A stretch of 59,217 nt of DNA, filler included, from Globobulimina sp. (taxonomy: Eukaryota): assembly GCA_003354225.1 (NCBI GenBank). It is 10 parts of 10 records of this genome, joined end to end, with 100 filler letters (N's around TTAATTAATTAA, not from the genome) between each part and the next. Parts side by side here need not be neighbours in the genome. Positions count along the whole stretch, not along the records: positions 35,615 to 41,443 come from PIVH01000428.1; positions 41,544 to 47,369 come from PIVH01000429.1; positions 47,470 to 53,294 come from PIVH01000430.1; 7 more parts are not named here. One strand, 5' to 3'. The notes below the pieces were generated by a model. The model had not been told where the DNA came from, did not search any database, and was given only the letters and a program-made list of their open reading frames with translations. Made by a program: the position numbers and the translations under genes. Below are positions 38,120 through 50,400 of this stretch, piece after piece (position 1 is the stretch's first letter; each line of letters opens with the position of its first letter).

Positions 38120-38993
38120 TTATAACAACAGCAATGGCAGTATTTCTTCAAATAACGCATTGGATTTGGTCGATTGGGTTGTTTATTACTAAAAACAAAT
38201 GTTTTTATGCGATAATACTGTTTTCCAAAATCTTACTCGATATACTCTCGCACGGCTTTGTCGTAGCATTTTGGACACGTTTCATACATCTCGGACTCGC
38301 TCCTACAAACAGTTTTGAGTCCCTTCTCATCTTTTCCTTCCATCGTTTCGCTGTTAACCTTTTGTTTCGGAGCACTCATCACTAGTTAAACTTTATTATG
38401 ACAAATTCACACAACATACACTAGAAACTTGTTTTTATAAAATAGAAAATCAATTTTTCTTCTGTCTCTTTTTCTCTCGTTTTTTCACTTTTTTCAATTC
38501 CGTCATTTTTGAATCTACTGCCTGGGCGAACTGCTTCAATTCCTCCAAGCTCAGAGACACATAAAAACAACAATACTCAGATTTAACAGAAACAAACTAA
38601 CATGATAACATACCGAATGAGAATCCGGTTGTTTCACTATTCGATTATGATGGTTTCGAATAAAACGTCCCAATGTCAAGCGTATAGTGTCGTCACTCGC
38701 ATACCATCTAAAATATTCTTCTATATAATAATAATAATAATTTTTGATTAGAAAGTGATTTTTACATACCTCATACCTATACCGCGTGTGCCTAAGAATG
38801 TAACCTTGCCCAAAGTAAAATCCGGTTGCCAAGCTTCGGTTTTTGGTGCTTGTTCCAAATAATCCTTGAAACCATGTTCACCGACTTCATCCGGTTCGGA
38901 ATCGGTGGATTCACCCGAAGACGAGCTGGAAGAGTGGTGTCGAGTTCTTTTTGAAGCTAGGAAGGTCTCTAATTTCTTGTCACTTACGTCCAT
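38120..38993 (-). CDS. Hypothetical multi-exon protein in Polinton-like segment (3' end uncertain)
   Basis: MDVSDKKLETFL... first exon ending at a GTATGA donor, with further charged open segments separated by AT-rich intron-like stretches. Confidence 0.35.
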
Positions 38994-39152
38994 GTTCGTT
39001 CTTTAACACTACCAACAAATGTGATGTTGGCGTGAGAGAGAGAGAGATACAACCTGTTTTCGATAATTTCGAAATCTTTATTTTGACATCGTGATGATTC
39101 ATACTCCTACTGTATTCGCTCACAACAAAAAATGCAACTTTCGCGATACGTT

Positions 39153-40963
39153 TCACCACATTCGCGTTGGTTTGTAATCTTTAGCGCTGTCAAAATCGCC
39201 AAAATGTTTCGTAAAATCAGCATTGCGTAACCTTTCCACATCCGATGGGTCATTGATTACTCCCAAAGCATCCTCGGCATTCCGTAATGGAGAATCTAAA
39301 TTAGAATACGAACGAGTCATAAACGAACGAGTCATAGCCGTAGGACTGGGCAACGTCGACTTGTTGATCAAACTGTAGGTACTCTGAGACTGTTTGCACG
39401 CTCTCAGACTCAGTGGCTGTGCCTTTGTTTTTGAGCTGAAAGTGTCATATGTCAGTATCCGGGGATCAGATCTCTGCCGTTTCATATTGCCCAGCAACGC
39501 AGAGGTTGACTGTGCAAAAGTTCCCACTACGTTTTCATTTCGATGCACTTGAATCGTGTTTTCCTGATCACGCACATGGATATGTGCAATATTTACATCC
39601 TCTTCGATACAAGATATGGACACATCTGACTTGATTGACTTGATTGACATGGGCGAAGCAAGATTTTCTGCGAAATTAAACTCCCTCAAATTCATCGATT
39701 CGAACGGTAATATTACATTCAATAAGTTATGCAAACTATTCCTTGCCGGCAACATTAGCAAAGGAAAGGAAAACAACACCACACAGCCCAAACATAGTCG
39801 AGCCACTGAAATAATCAATGAATTCTGTTCATAATTAAGCAAGATATTGCCGCAGGTATAGCCAAAGGAGTAGAAGTAGCCGAAAAATGCTATAAACGAA
39901 TATAACACAGCACAGGATATCACCACAGACACTAAAACGTATCTCATTCTTTGTCGAGTGGGCCGCGTCAATTCAGCGTGCACTTGCGGGATATTGAAGT
40001 GACACATAAATGAGATTCCAAACACTGGGAACACATACATAGTGTCCTCGAATGAAGTGGGGAATAACTTGATTTCATTTGACATGGCATAGCGGATCGA
40101 TTCGCCGGCGCCGTTGATGTAATATATGTCGTGTTCTTTGCCAAAGTTTTGTACTGTGGTCATTGTGATAATCACTGATACAAACATAGCATTGTGGTGA
40201 TTGACTGGAACATAAAAAATAGAGCACAAACATGCTAGAATAGCCACGCCAATGATGCCCATCAGCGAGGTATATCTCAAGGTCTTAATCTGCCGCATGT
40301 AACAAAATGGAGCTACACAGCAAATGCCTGCAGCAATCACCAATCTTCTTAACCATTCGGAACTGCATACATTGTCTGGTAAACTGCCTGTTTTTTTGTT
40401 TTGTGTTTGTATGGTCAGTGCTTACAGTAATTTGGGGACACATTTTTGTCGACTTACCGATGTAACAGAGGAGAGGTTTCAGTAAATCTCCAACCAAGAC
40501 ACAATAACCAATTCCTGCCATAAATGTTAAACTCAAAATTAGCAAATTAATGACTGATGACATCTTTTTTCCAAATGCAAAGTAGCCGACTGAGTATAGA
40601 GAAATATATATACTGAGAAACTATTGTATACAGACTGCAAAACGGAGAAATTAAACTTTGTTGGTATGTCGAAGCGCCAGTGCGTCGGGAGGAGGATACT
40701 AAAATATCGAAGGAGAATATTGATGTAATTGCTGACAGTGTCAACAGCATAAATCCGAATAGCAAACCAGCGCGGGAGACCGCAAAGGGGAGTGATAAGA
40801 CACCGCCTCCAATCATTGTGGAGATTAAATTGAACATGCCGCCCTTTGCAGATTGTTGCCTGGAAGTGGTGTCGAACGCAGAGGGCGTGATACATTCTGG
40901 GGATTTGGCGATTGAGGCACTGGCACTAGTGGTCGATAAATATATTATCTTTTTTGCAGACAT
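39153..40963 (-). CDS. Amino-acid transporter, SLC38/AAAP family, multi-exon, C-terminal TMs missing
   Basis: FNLISTMIGGGVLSLPFA, YCVLVGDLL, LRYTS, FPVFGISFMCHFN, FGYFYS...GNILLNY, FSFPLLMLPAR. Confidence 0.9.
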
Positions 40964-41009
40964 GGTGCGGTTGTTAACAGTTTTTTGAAGTTGCAACAAT
41001 TTCAAAACC

Positions 41010-41443
41010 ATGTCACGCATTTTAAAAGTAGCCAAACAAGCTGTCCGTGCAGCGCCAAGTGCAAACATTGAAGCATTTACAACCACTCGACAATTCTCGT
41101 CTGCATCTGGTTTTGAATATAAATTGCCAGATCTCCCATACGCGTATGACGGACTTGAACCAATATTGCCAGCACATCTCATGGAAATACATCATTCCAA
41201 ACATCATGCGACTTATGTCAATAATTTAAATGCGACGTTACAAAAACGACAAGACGCATTTGACAAAGGTGACATTGAAGCAGTTGTTGGCTTTGATGGT
41301 CTGATCAAGTTCAATGCCGGCGGACATATCAATCATTCCATATTTTGGACAAACTTAGTTTAGTTTGCTGACAATATATAATTACATTGCATATTATTTG
41401 TATGATTTGCAGGCACCACAAAAAGATGGCGGTGGTGTTTCAC
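41010..41443 (+). CDS. SOD2: Mitochondrial Mn superoxide dismutase, 3' truncated
   Basis: Transit peptide; [49 protein letters not shown]. Confidence 0.96.
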
Positions 41444-41543
41444 NNNNNNNNNNNNNNNNNNNNNNNNNNNNNNNNNNNNNNNNNNNNTTAATTAATTAAN
41501 NNNNNNNNNNNNNNNNNNNNNNNNNNNNNNNNNNNNNNNNNNN
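41444..41543. other. Artificial contig linker
   Basis: 44 N + TTAATTAATTAA + 44 N. Confidence 0.99.
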
Positions 41544-41722
41544 ATTTTTTTATTTCAAGCGTATAATTATTCACTTTTTCAAATAATCAATGTTGTATTT
41601 TTCACAAACTTAGAGTTTTGAAAGGGAAACGATAATATAATAATTTAACAACCAAAATATATATAAATCAAACAAAACAACACACTAAAAATATAATATC
41701 AAATGAAATAATTAATATAATA

Positions 41723-44700
41723 TCAATCAAAATGTAAAGGCTCTTGTAATATTTCAACATTTTGTAATTTCCTCGCATTATCATAGGTTTCTAATATTTG
41801 TAAAGCACCGTAAATATTACAAATGTGATGTAATTCCTGATCATATTCCGAAATTTGCGTAACTAATAACATCGCATTATACTGAATGGCGGCATGTTTT
41901 GTTTTCATTAATTTAATAACAATTTTGATGATTTCGGGAGTTAATGCTTTCCTGACAAATTTAATTAATTTTATGATATCCAAATCAAAGTCAATTGAAT
42001 AATTTGTATTGGTCATACTAGAGATACATTTATGTTGTTGCTGTGTAGCATATTTAATACATTCCCGAATTACCAACGGTGCGTTTGCTAAAACTTGCTC
42101 GTCGTTAAAAGACAAACAATCCAACATTTGCACAAAATATTTATATATAATTCCGACCAATATCTTATTTTCTGCGATATAACCAGAGGCGCAAAGATTT
42201 TTATTCTGACGATGCAGCCAACGATAAACACACCGAATTGCACAGGATTTGTTATGCCCAAATTGTTGGATATTAAAAAGTTTGATATTTATATATTTCT
42301 CTACAAAAAAATGCATTAAATATTTCCAAAAATATTTAAATATTAAATCAAATCGATAATCATCCGAAATATGATCAAAATACGTCAAAATATTATTTCT
42401 CGTCAATGCAAATAACGATTGGATTTGAGGATTTTCATACAAACAGCGATTTTTTTTGTGTTCAAGTGACTGACACAAAGAAATTAAATATATTAATTCG
42501 GGATAGACATTAAATTTAAATAATAAATCAATGCACGGAATGTATGACAATGCAGTCAATACATTTTGGCATTTTCCTGCTTGACTAAAATATAAAATTG
42601 CTTCATTATAATTATAATTATTTTCTCCGTTCAGGTTATTCAAACTGCGCTCGAATGCATGCAATGTGCAGGCAAAATATTCACGTAATAATATCATGTA
42701 TTTTTTAGTTGTATTGCTATTTTGTACGAAATGCGCAGTCATTTTATGCAAAAATAACTCCATTTCTGACTCGTTTAGCAACGGATTCGTGCGACCACCG
42801 TCAAATATAATGGCTAAGCCATCCAATAATACACTAATTGCAAACTGTAGCGGTTTAAACATAGAAATATGTTTTTCTTTATCCATGTTTTTAATGGCTT
42901 CGACATAAACGCACATTGACTCTAAAAAAACAACGTAAATAAAGCACGGTCCATTGGATGCATTTTGCGACAATAACAATTGCAAAAAAATGGAGGAACG
43001 AAAAAAAAATGATAACGACTCAAATAAACAGCGAATCGAAGCAATGTCTTGGCTCAAAGGGTCTGTTTTTAATTGAAATCGAGTAAAATAAGAAATAATT
43101 TCCGCGCCGCAATCGGATACAATATAATCTCGGGCAAAATCATTAGAAACAATTAACGACACAAAGCGCATCGCAGTTACCTGTAATTCACAGCTCATGC
43201 AATCAAAATATTTAAATGTAAACAATATGACAGTGCTGCTCAACGATAATAACTCACTGTTATTACTGTCAATATTATCACAAGTTACGCAGCGATTTAA
43301 TAACGAATATAATTTGCCTAATAAGCCTTGATTCGAGTTCCATTTTTTGCCCCCAATCGTAAACCGATAACGTACGTATTTCAAACATAAAATAAGCCCA
43401 TTTTCAGACACAAATAACTGACAACAGTTCTTATTCTTATATAAGAATACAAATAAACGGCGCAATAATTCGTCGCATTCATTGCATTCAAACAAATCTT
43501 CACTATCTTCCTTATTCTCCCTCGTTGCGTGTTGCAACAGCTCCACACTTAAAAAGTAGATGTTTCATTGTAGAAAATCAAAATCAGTGCGGATTTATAT
43601 AAAAGCATATACCTTAAATTCAAAACGGAATTAAAATCATTTAACGACGTCACTGAATATAACTGCTTACGCAACGCACTTTTTTTACTCATCGCTTTCG
43701 TATCAATTAACAATTTACGCGCCGACAGGTCGTTTGGTTTAATTTTGAGGGCATAGCCCAAGTCACACTTAGCTAAAACGTACTTTTTCTGCAATTTGTA
43801 AGCCTGTGCCCGCCGCAAATACGACTGAAACATTTCATTGCTTTGCAACATGTCATCGTCGACAATCATAATCATCTCAATAATGACACTGCAGTCCGCG
43901 ATACATTTGTCATATTCATTTTGCTTCAAATACACCAAACTGCGATTGGTGTACGCCGGTTTATAATCGATTTGCAACCGAATAGATTCTGTATAATGCT
44001 TAACAGCGCCTTTATGATCACCATTTTGCAACGCTGCATTTCCCAAATTCATGGCTGCCACGGCGGCGTTGTGATACTCGGCATATTTTTTATGCGTTTT
44101 ACCAACGATATCGCGGTTTATATTGGCACATTGGAGTCGAAATTCGGCCCATTTTTGCTTTCTAGCAGCCATTTTCGACTCAAATCGTAAGATTTCCGCC
44201 ACGAATTCACTTTTTTCACAAAATGAGCTGAATTCCGTTTCTTGAATGTAGAGTTTCAAGGTGTTTTTTAATTGGCTGACACCCATTTTTGTCAATGTCT
44301 GAGTCCGCTCCATTGCGATTTCTTGGTCGTTTGCGATTGTCATTGGGTTTGGTTTTGCGATTTTGTTTTTTTCTTTTGGTTTTTTGCCCTTTCCTTTGTT
44401 TTTTGGTTTTCCTTTGTTTTTATGTTGTTTTTTTTTGCTTTTGTTTTTGTTTTGTTTCTTATTTTTATGCGAAGTGGTTTTGGAGATTTGAGCGCGTTTT
44501 CCATCATTACTCTGTTTTGGTGGCATTTGGTCACATTTCTGTTTGTTATTTGACTCTGGTTTTGTTGTTGCGTTTAATTTTGGTGATTTTTGTCCGCTTT
44601 TTACTTTTTCTGGTGGCAGTTGTGTGATGTCTTCCTTTTTTTGAATTTGTGGTTGTTTTGTTTGATTCTCATTTTCTTCTTTTTTTGAATTAGCTTCAAG

Positions 44701-46029
44701 TTCGACGATATCATTAATGTCCACGTTCCCTTTATTTTTATTCTGTTTTTTTTTATTATTTATGTCATCCATATGTTTGCCAACTTTTTCCTTTGTTTTT
44801 TGCTGCGAATTTCTCAATGCAATCTCAACCATTTCAGGCCGGAATTCGTCCGCATTTATTATCGGAATATTCATCACTTTCTCATCCTCAAAAACAAAAT
44901 CTTGTTTATGTGTCCGTCTTCGCTTTTTTTTCTTTTTCTTATTAATAATTTCTTCTATTTTCGCTCCATCATCGCCATCATTATTTATTTTATGTTTATC
45001 GATCAAATCGTCCAACACAGCAAATGGATCATGCTCATCCAGTTCCTTTTGCGTCGACGTCTCATTGTCATTTAATTTGAATTCCCGCTCTACGTAGACA
45101 CCACAACCGGTGCACACATTCGATTGTAACGCATCGACCCGCTGCCGGCCAATAATTCGCCTCAATTTCAAATGGACGCTATGTTCGAATCGCTTCGCAT
45201 TCCTCCAAATCTGCGCAAAATCACTGTATATGTCATCAAATCGGGTATAAATACCATTGGCCATGTTATTATGAATGCGTTTTAAATCAATATTATGGCC
45301 AAATTCATCGCAAATCTCCTGAACCAAACACATAATCAATTCCCTGTCGGTTGTGTCCATATGCGACCTATCCATATTTGCATGCTTTTCCTGCGGAGCT
45401 CGCATCCGCATATTTTTATAATCAATCCATTGTTGGTATATATGCAATATTTTACCGAGTTCAGCTATGATTTTATTGTTATTTTGGATGGTTTTTTTAG
45501 TGAGGAGTTGCATCATAAAATCGCGGATTTGGGCGATGTGATGGTTTAAATCTGACAATGAACATTTATTTAATTTTAAATCCGCAAAAGAAATGGCAAC
45601 AATGGTGCTTAATTGCGCAGTGTCTAACAGATTTCGCATTTTTTCATGTTGGAATGGTTCTGAACCTGCCCGTTTGTGACTAAATGTATCATCCAAATAT
45701 GTGTTAGAATGACTTTCATCTAAAGCGCATTTAAAATCCCATATATTATTAAAATTTAGCTTATTTTCTTTATTTTTTGTAGCCGTATCCTTGTTATTAG
45801 AGGGTGATGGAGTGGGTATACCCGATGATATAAAGGGTTGAGCATTGACATTGAGGCCGGAGCCGGATTTAGTGTTTTTATTACTTTTTTTATCCGCCAC
45901 TTGTTTGACTTGTTTCTTCCAACGTGGTGGTGGCGGAGATGATAGTTTTCGTTCATCTGAGTTTGTTTCTGGTTTGATGCTTTTCTTTAGGTTCAGTAAT
46001 TTGGCTATTTTAGACTTTTTGTCTGACAT
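41723..46029 (-). CDS. Large TPR + ARM-like protein (TTC12-like) with degenerate bromodomain-like and SAP-like segments, 2 exons
   Basis: Three TPRs (GNAALQNGDHKGAVKHYTESI; AYTNRSLVYLK; SYLRRAQAY) and a helical C-terminal half; intron about 43548-43611. Confidence 0.75.
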
Positions 46030-46572
46030 TGTGTACACTGAACGTATTTAAGTGAAGTGGCAAAAAGAATGCATCTAAATTCAAGTATTTTATATGCTGT
46101 GTTTCATATAATTATTATTTGATAAATGACTGGCTGTATACAAGACAAACGTCCGTCAGTACGTCATAAAAAAGGCTGATTCGTTGTATTTTTTATAATC
46201 TTACTTCGTTGTGCCATCAATTCTGTTATTTCATTTTGAAAAAGCATAGCCATATTTACTTCGTACATTAACATTGAGTGGAAATGAGAAATCTGGAAAT
46301 AATACACATATTCTCAGTGAAAGATACACATATCTCGTCAGTGGGAATAACATATCTGGTTGTTTGCTTTTAATGTTTGAAATGACTTTGTTATGAGCTT
46401 TATATATTTCCTTTTTTAATAAAAATATCATGACGACACAGCTAAAATGAAATTGATGCGTTTCATGGTGGGACTGTTCAGCAGCCACTCAAAGAAAGAA
46501 CCATGTTATTATGTCCATGTAAATATTTGAATAATCCAAGTATGGAAACCAGAGATTGTTGTTCTTGTTGTC

Positions 46573-47245
46573 ATGAAGAATATTAATTTATTGCATATCT
46601 CACCATTTATTGAAATTGCAGGAACACATACTGCATCAAATGGGATTAATAAATATTTTGTATTTTTTAGGTTTATTACAATGTTCTATGTTGCATTTGT
46701 TTGTGTTTTAAGTTTTGTGACCTTTGTACTGGACGGAGAATCGTATGAGTTTTTTTATTATTTGACTGAATGGTCTTTAATATGCGGTGTAATATTAAGT
46801 ATATTAAGGTTTGTGTCTTCATTTATAATATATAGCAATGTTAAAAAAGGCGAATTGAATGTTGATAATACAAATGATATTAATATTAATTTTATTAATG
46901 TGGATCATAGTAAATTATGGACGTTATATAAATGTCATAAAATTGCGTTGCAAATAACGTTGCCAGGTATTTATATTTATATTATATTATTTATTATAAT
47001 TTAATATACATAGTAATGACGATGGTAGTGATTAATTATTGGCTTTTTGTGTATTCTGGACCTGGGCATTTTAGCTCTGAGTTGGATGCAATTTCTTCTT
47101 ATCAAAAGCATGGATTTTCAGCATTGGTGGTATGGATTGATTTTTTGTTATCTGCAGAAAAAATGTATTATAAATCAGTAGCTTGGTTAGTTTTATTTGG
47201 AACAATGTATACAATTTGGACCATAATATTTGAACTATTTATCCA
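46573..47245 (+). CDS. Rolling-stone/FAR-17a-like membrane protein, 3' end replaced by foreign DNA
   Basis: FFYYLTEWSL, VINYW, KHG.SALVVWIDFLL, FGTMYTIWT; intron about 46967-47013. Confidence 0.7.
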
Positions 47246-47369
47246 TGAAACTTTAGATGGTGATACCGATGCATGTCCTTCTGAATACACGATTACTCGT
47301 GTATGGACCGTAAGCGATTGTGCTGGTAACCAAACATCTCATACGCAAATTATAACAGTACAAGATACT
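47245..47369 (+). CDS. Bacterial HYR-like repeat fragment (Bacteroidota surface-protein type), probable chimera
   Basis: DACPSEYTITRVWTVSDCAGNQTSHTQIITVQDT matches the C...YTITRTW...D.CGN....Q.ITV.DT repeat. Confidence 0.8.
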
Positions 47370-47469
47370 NNNNNNNNNNNNNNNNNNNNNNNNNNNNNNN
47401 NNNNNNNNNNNNNTTAATTAATTAANNNNNNNNNNNNNNNNNNNNNNNNNNNNNNNNNNNNNNNNNNNN
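47370..47469. other. Artificial contig linker
   Basis: 44 N + TTAATTAATTAA + 44 N. Confidence 0.99.
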
Positions 47470-50400
47470 GTGTTGTTGATGTCACATATGTGTACACTGA
47501 AAAATCCAAAGCAAATTACCAATTCCAAAAGACTACGTATTGTAAATATAAAGGCAGGCATCTTGAGAAAATTCAAGTTTCTTGCACTCCCACAGGAAAA
47601 GTAATATTCATTGACGGTCCATTTTTATCTGACAAACATAACAATGATGACAATATTATTTGGGATAAAACAGTGAGTGATTCTGAGCATCCAATAAATA
47701 AAATATTTGACAAATCAACGGATACCTTTGTTATGGATAGAGGCTATATTTCATGTGCAAAAGGGAATGATTGGTTTGATTTGATATGGCCCAGTAAATG
47801 GTACGAAGATACTACCACACAATTGAGCACAGCAGATGCAAATACATCCAGGTAAGTAGCCATTTAACTTAAGCATAACAGTTCTTTTTTCAGTTTGTGT
47901 TTATTTTAGGTAGATTTTCATCTGCATTGATTAGAGTTCAGACACAAATTTAGTAAGATTACTTGCAACTTGAGCTGACTTTATTACTGGTTCCAGCCAC
48001 TAGAGCAAATGTTTGTACTACTACATTGAGGACAAAATCAGTTTTAACCTCAAGCCCTGATTAAAAAACATTTTAAATGCCTTCAAATTTTTGCAGCTGT
48101 TTGTATTGAAAAAGCGCAATTATTTGATTATGAGTCCTTAAATTTGATTACTGTGTGTCGTAACCTGAAAAATGTTCATTTTATCATTGTTTGAGGTTAA
48201 AATTGATTTTCAAAGCAACGCAATAGTATAAACATTTGCTGTATGTACTAAACACAGTACTAAAGTCATCTCAAGATGAGAGCAATCTTACTAAATGTAT
48301 TGCTTGACTCTAATCAATCCAGATGAAAAATCTAGCTGCCTGAAAAATAAAATTTCGTGTGTGAAACGATCGTTTTTATGTGTTTTTCGTTTGAAGGAGA
48401 GTTACCAAAATACGTAATGTCATAGAAAGAGTTTTTGCACGGATTAAAAAGTGGACAATATTGCGATATGAACATTCCATCCAATATGATCCAAAAAAAA
48501 TTGTTAAAATATTTAATATTATTGCTGCCTGTCTTAATGATTTTGGTGCTTGTATGTATTCCGAAAATAGATTAAAAAGAATGACTCAAGATTGTACACG
48601 AATTATGCAAAGGCAAGCGACCATTAATGATTGTGATGTGAAAGAAAAAACAGTCACTCGAGGTTGGAGCGGTAGGAATTTTAAAGACAAGGTGTCTTTC
48701 ATTCCAAAATTTGATTTAAATGATTTACGTGATTATGCTACCTCCGCTTATATAATAGAATGTTGTTTGTATTATGCACACCACTCCACACAAACAAAAG
48801 ATGTAAAATTTTTATATCATAAATCAAGAAAGCGTTCCATAAACAACCCGTTATCACAGCAAGAAATATATGAGAATGATATTTGTAAATGTAGCATCAA
48901 AATTACTGGCATGTGTGGAAAAATGGCTCGAAATGATCTAAATCCAACTAAATATCAGGTTTGGCATCGGTTTGGTTCAACTTTGAATAATTCTATTTCA
49001 TTTTGTATCTGTCCAAATGGCAAGAAAACTGCTGGGGCATGTGTTCATAGCATTGCATCATTATATATTTTATATCATAATATAAATGGCATTCCTTTAC
49101 CGAAAGCAAATACTAAAACCATGAAATATTATAATAATTGTACTGATTTAAGTAAATGGAAGAAGGAATGGAAGAGATTGAAAGCAATGACTGCTGGTGA
49201 AAATCTTTCAGCAATAAACACAATTATAATTCCAACAACGCCAACACCATTTCCTACAAACAATACTGATGGCGTAATTGAATGCTGTATTTGTAAAAAA
49301 CCAGGTGGTATGTCATGCAACTTTGATAATTGCCATAATTATATTCATAATACATGCCATAATCCATCATTTCCAGATCAATCAGATACATTCTGTGAGT
49401 ATCATAAATTTCTTCGCGTACCACATATAAATAACTCCAACACAAATATAACAACAACAACGCCTATAAATAACAATACATTAGCCCATAATAGAAAGAA
49501 ACGTAGAAGAAGAAATAATAGAACACCAGCGTCTAGATCCAGACGTTCAGCATTGAGATCAAATTCAATTACTACATCTACCATTTCAAATATCTCAATA
49601 CCAATAAACATACCAACATTAACTCCAACAAATGAAAACATATATTGCGACTCGGAGGCCTCACAAGAGCCACATAATAATTCAGGAAATATTATAACAT
49701 TGACTTGCAACAAAACTGGACTCAACAATCCATGTAATTGTTGTTATATTAATTCTATATTGCAAGCATTTTATTGTGTTTCAATCATACGAGAAACATA
49801 TATTAAACATGGACCGTTATTTCCACCTGAAACATTATCATATAAATTAGGACAATTATTCACGACCATGAATATTAATAGAAGGCGTAGAGCCAATGGA
49901 ATATCCATTGAACATATAACAAATTTTTTAGTGAAATATTCGACAGACAATAACGACGCGTATGATTGGGTAGGTACACAGTCAGATGCCTGCGATTTTT
50001 TGACCCAAACAATATTTCCAATTTTGACTGAAGAGGGTATTCAGTTCGCATCAACATACAATTATGATTTTGATTGCCATTCACTGTTTAGAAACGCTGT
50101 TGATCCAATATTTTACAGCCAAAACTTAAATCCGATGGTTCAATTTCAATCATTTTATTGGACAAATAGTACATATCATCGTGGTCCTCGTGAACCTATT
50201 TATTCGCAAGTAATTGATGTTAATATTCAACAGGAATCATTGGAAGAATGTCTATTTGATTATATTCAGCCTGTAGCAAATCATATTGATCCAAATCCTT
50301 TTGTAACTAATAGAAATACACGAATTCAAAGCGTATCAAAAATAAATTGTTATATATCATTCCCAAATCTGTTAATATTTCGATTGAAGCGCTGGAATGA

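Larger units (their letters stand above)
35615..39150. mobile_element. Polinton/Maverick (adintovirus-like) endogenous DNA virus fragment
   Basis: c-integrase plus a dense cluster of small divergent and convergent ORFs. DNA polymerase B, capsid and ATPase genes are not in view. Confidence 0.7.

Noticed and set aside
39034-39047. (GA)n tract as a Polinton terminus
   Set aside because: Wrong orientation for a right end and no partner repeat in view. It is treated as a microsatellite, like the (CA)n near 38077-38090.
44272-45097. Phe/Leu-rich + strand ORFs (also 31306-31723, 52517-52999 and similar) as membrane proteins
   Set aside because: They are antisense shadows of Lys/Glu/Asn-rich coding sequence on the minus strand.
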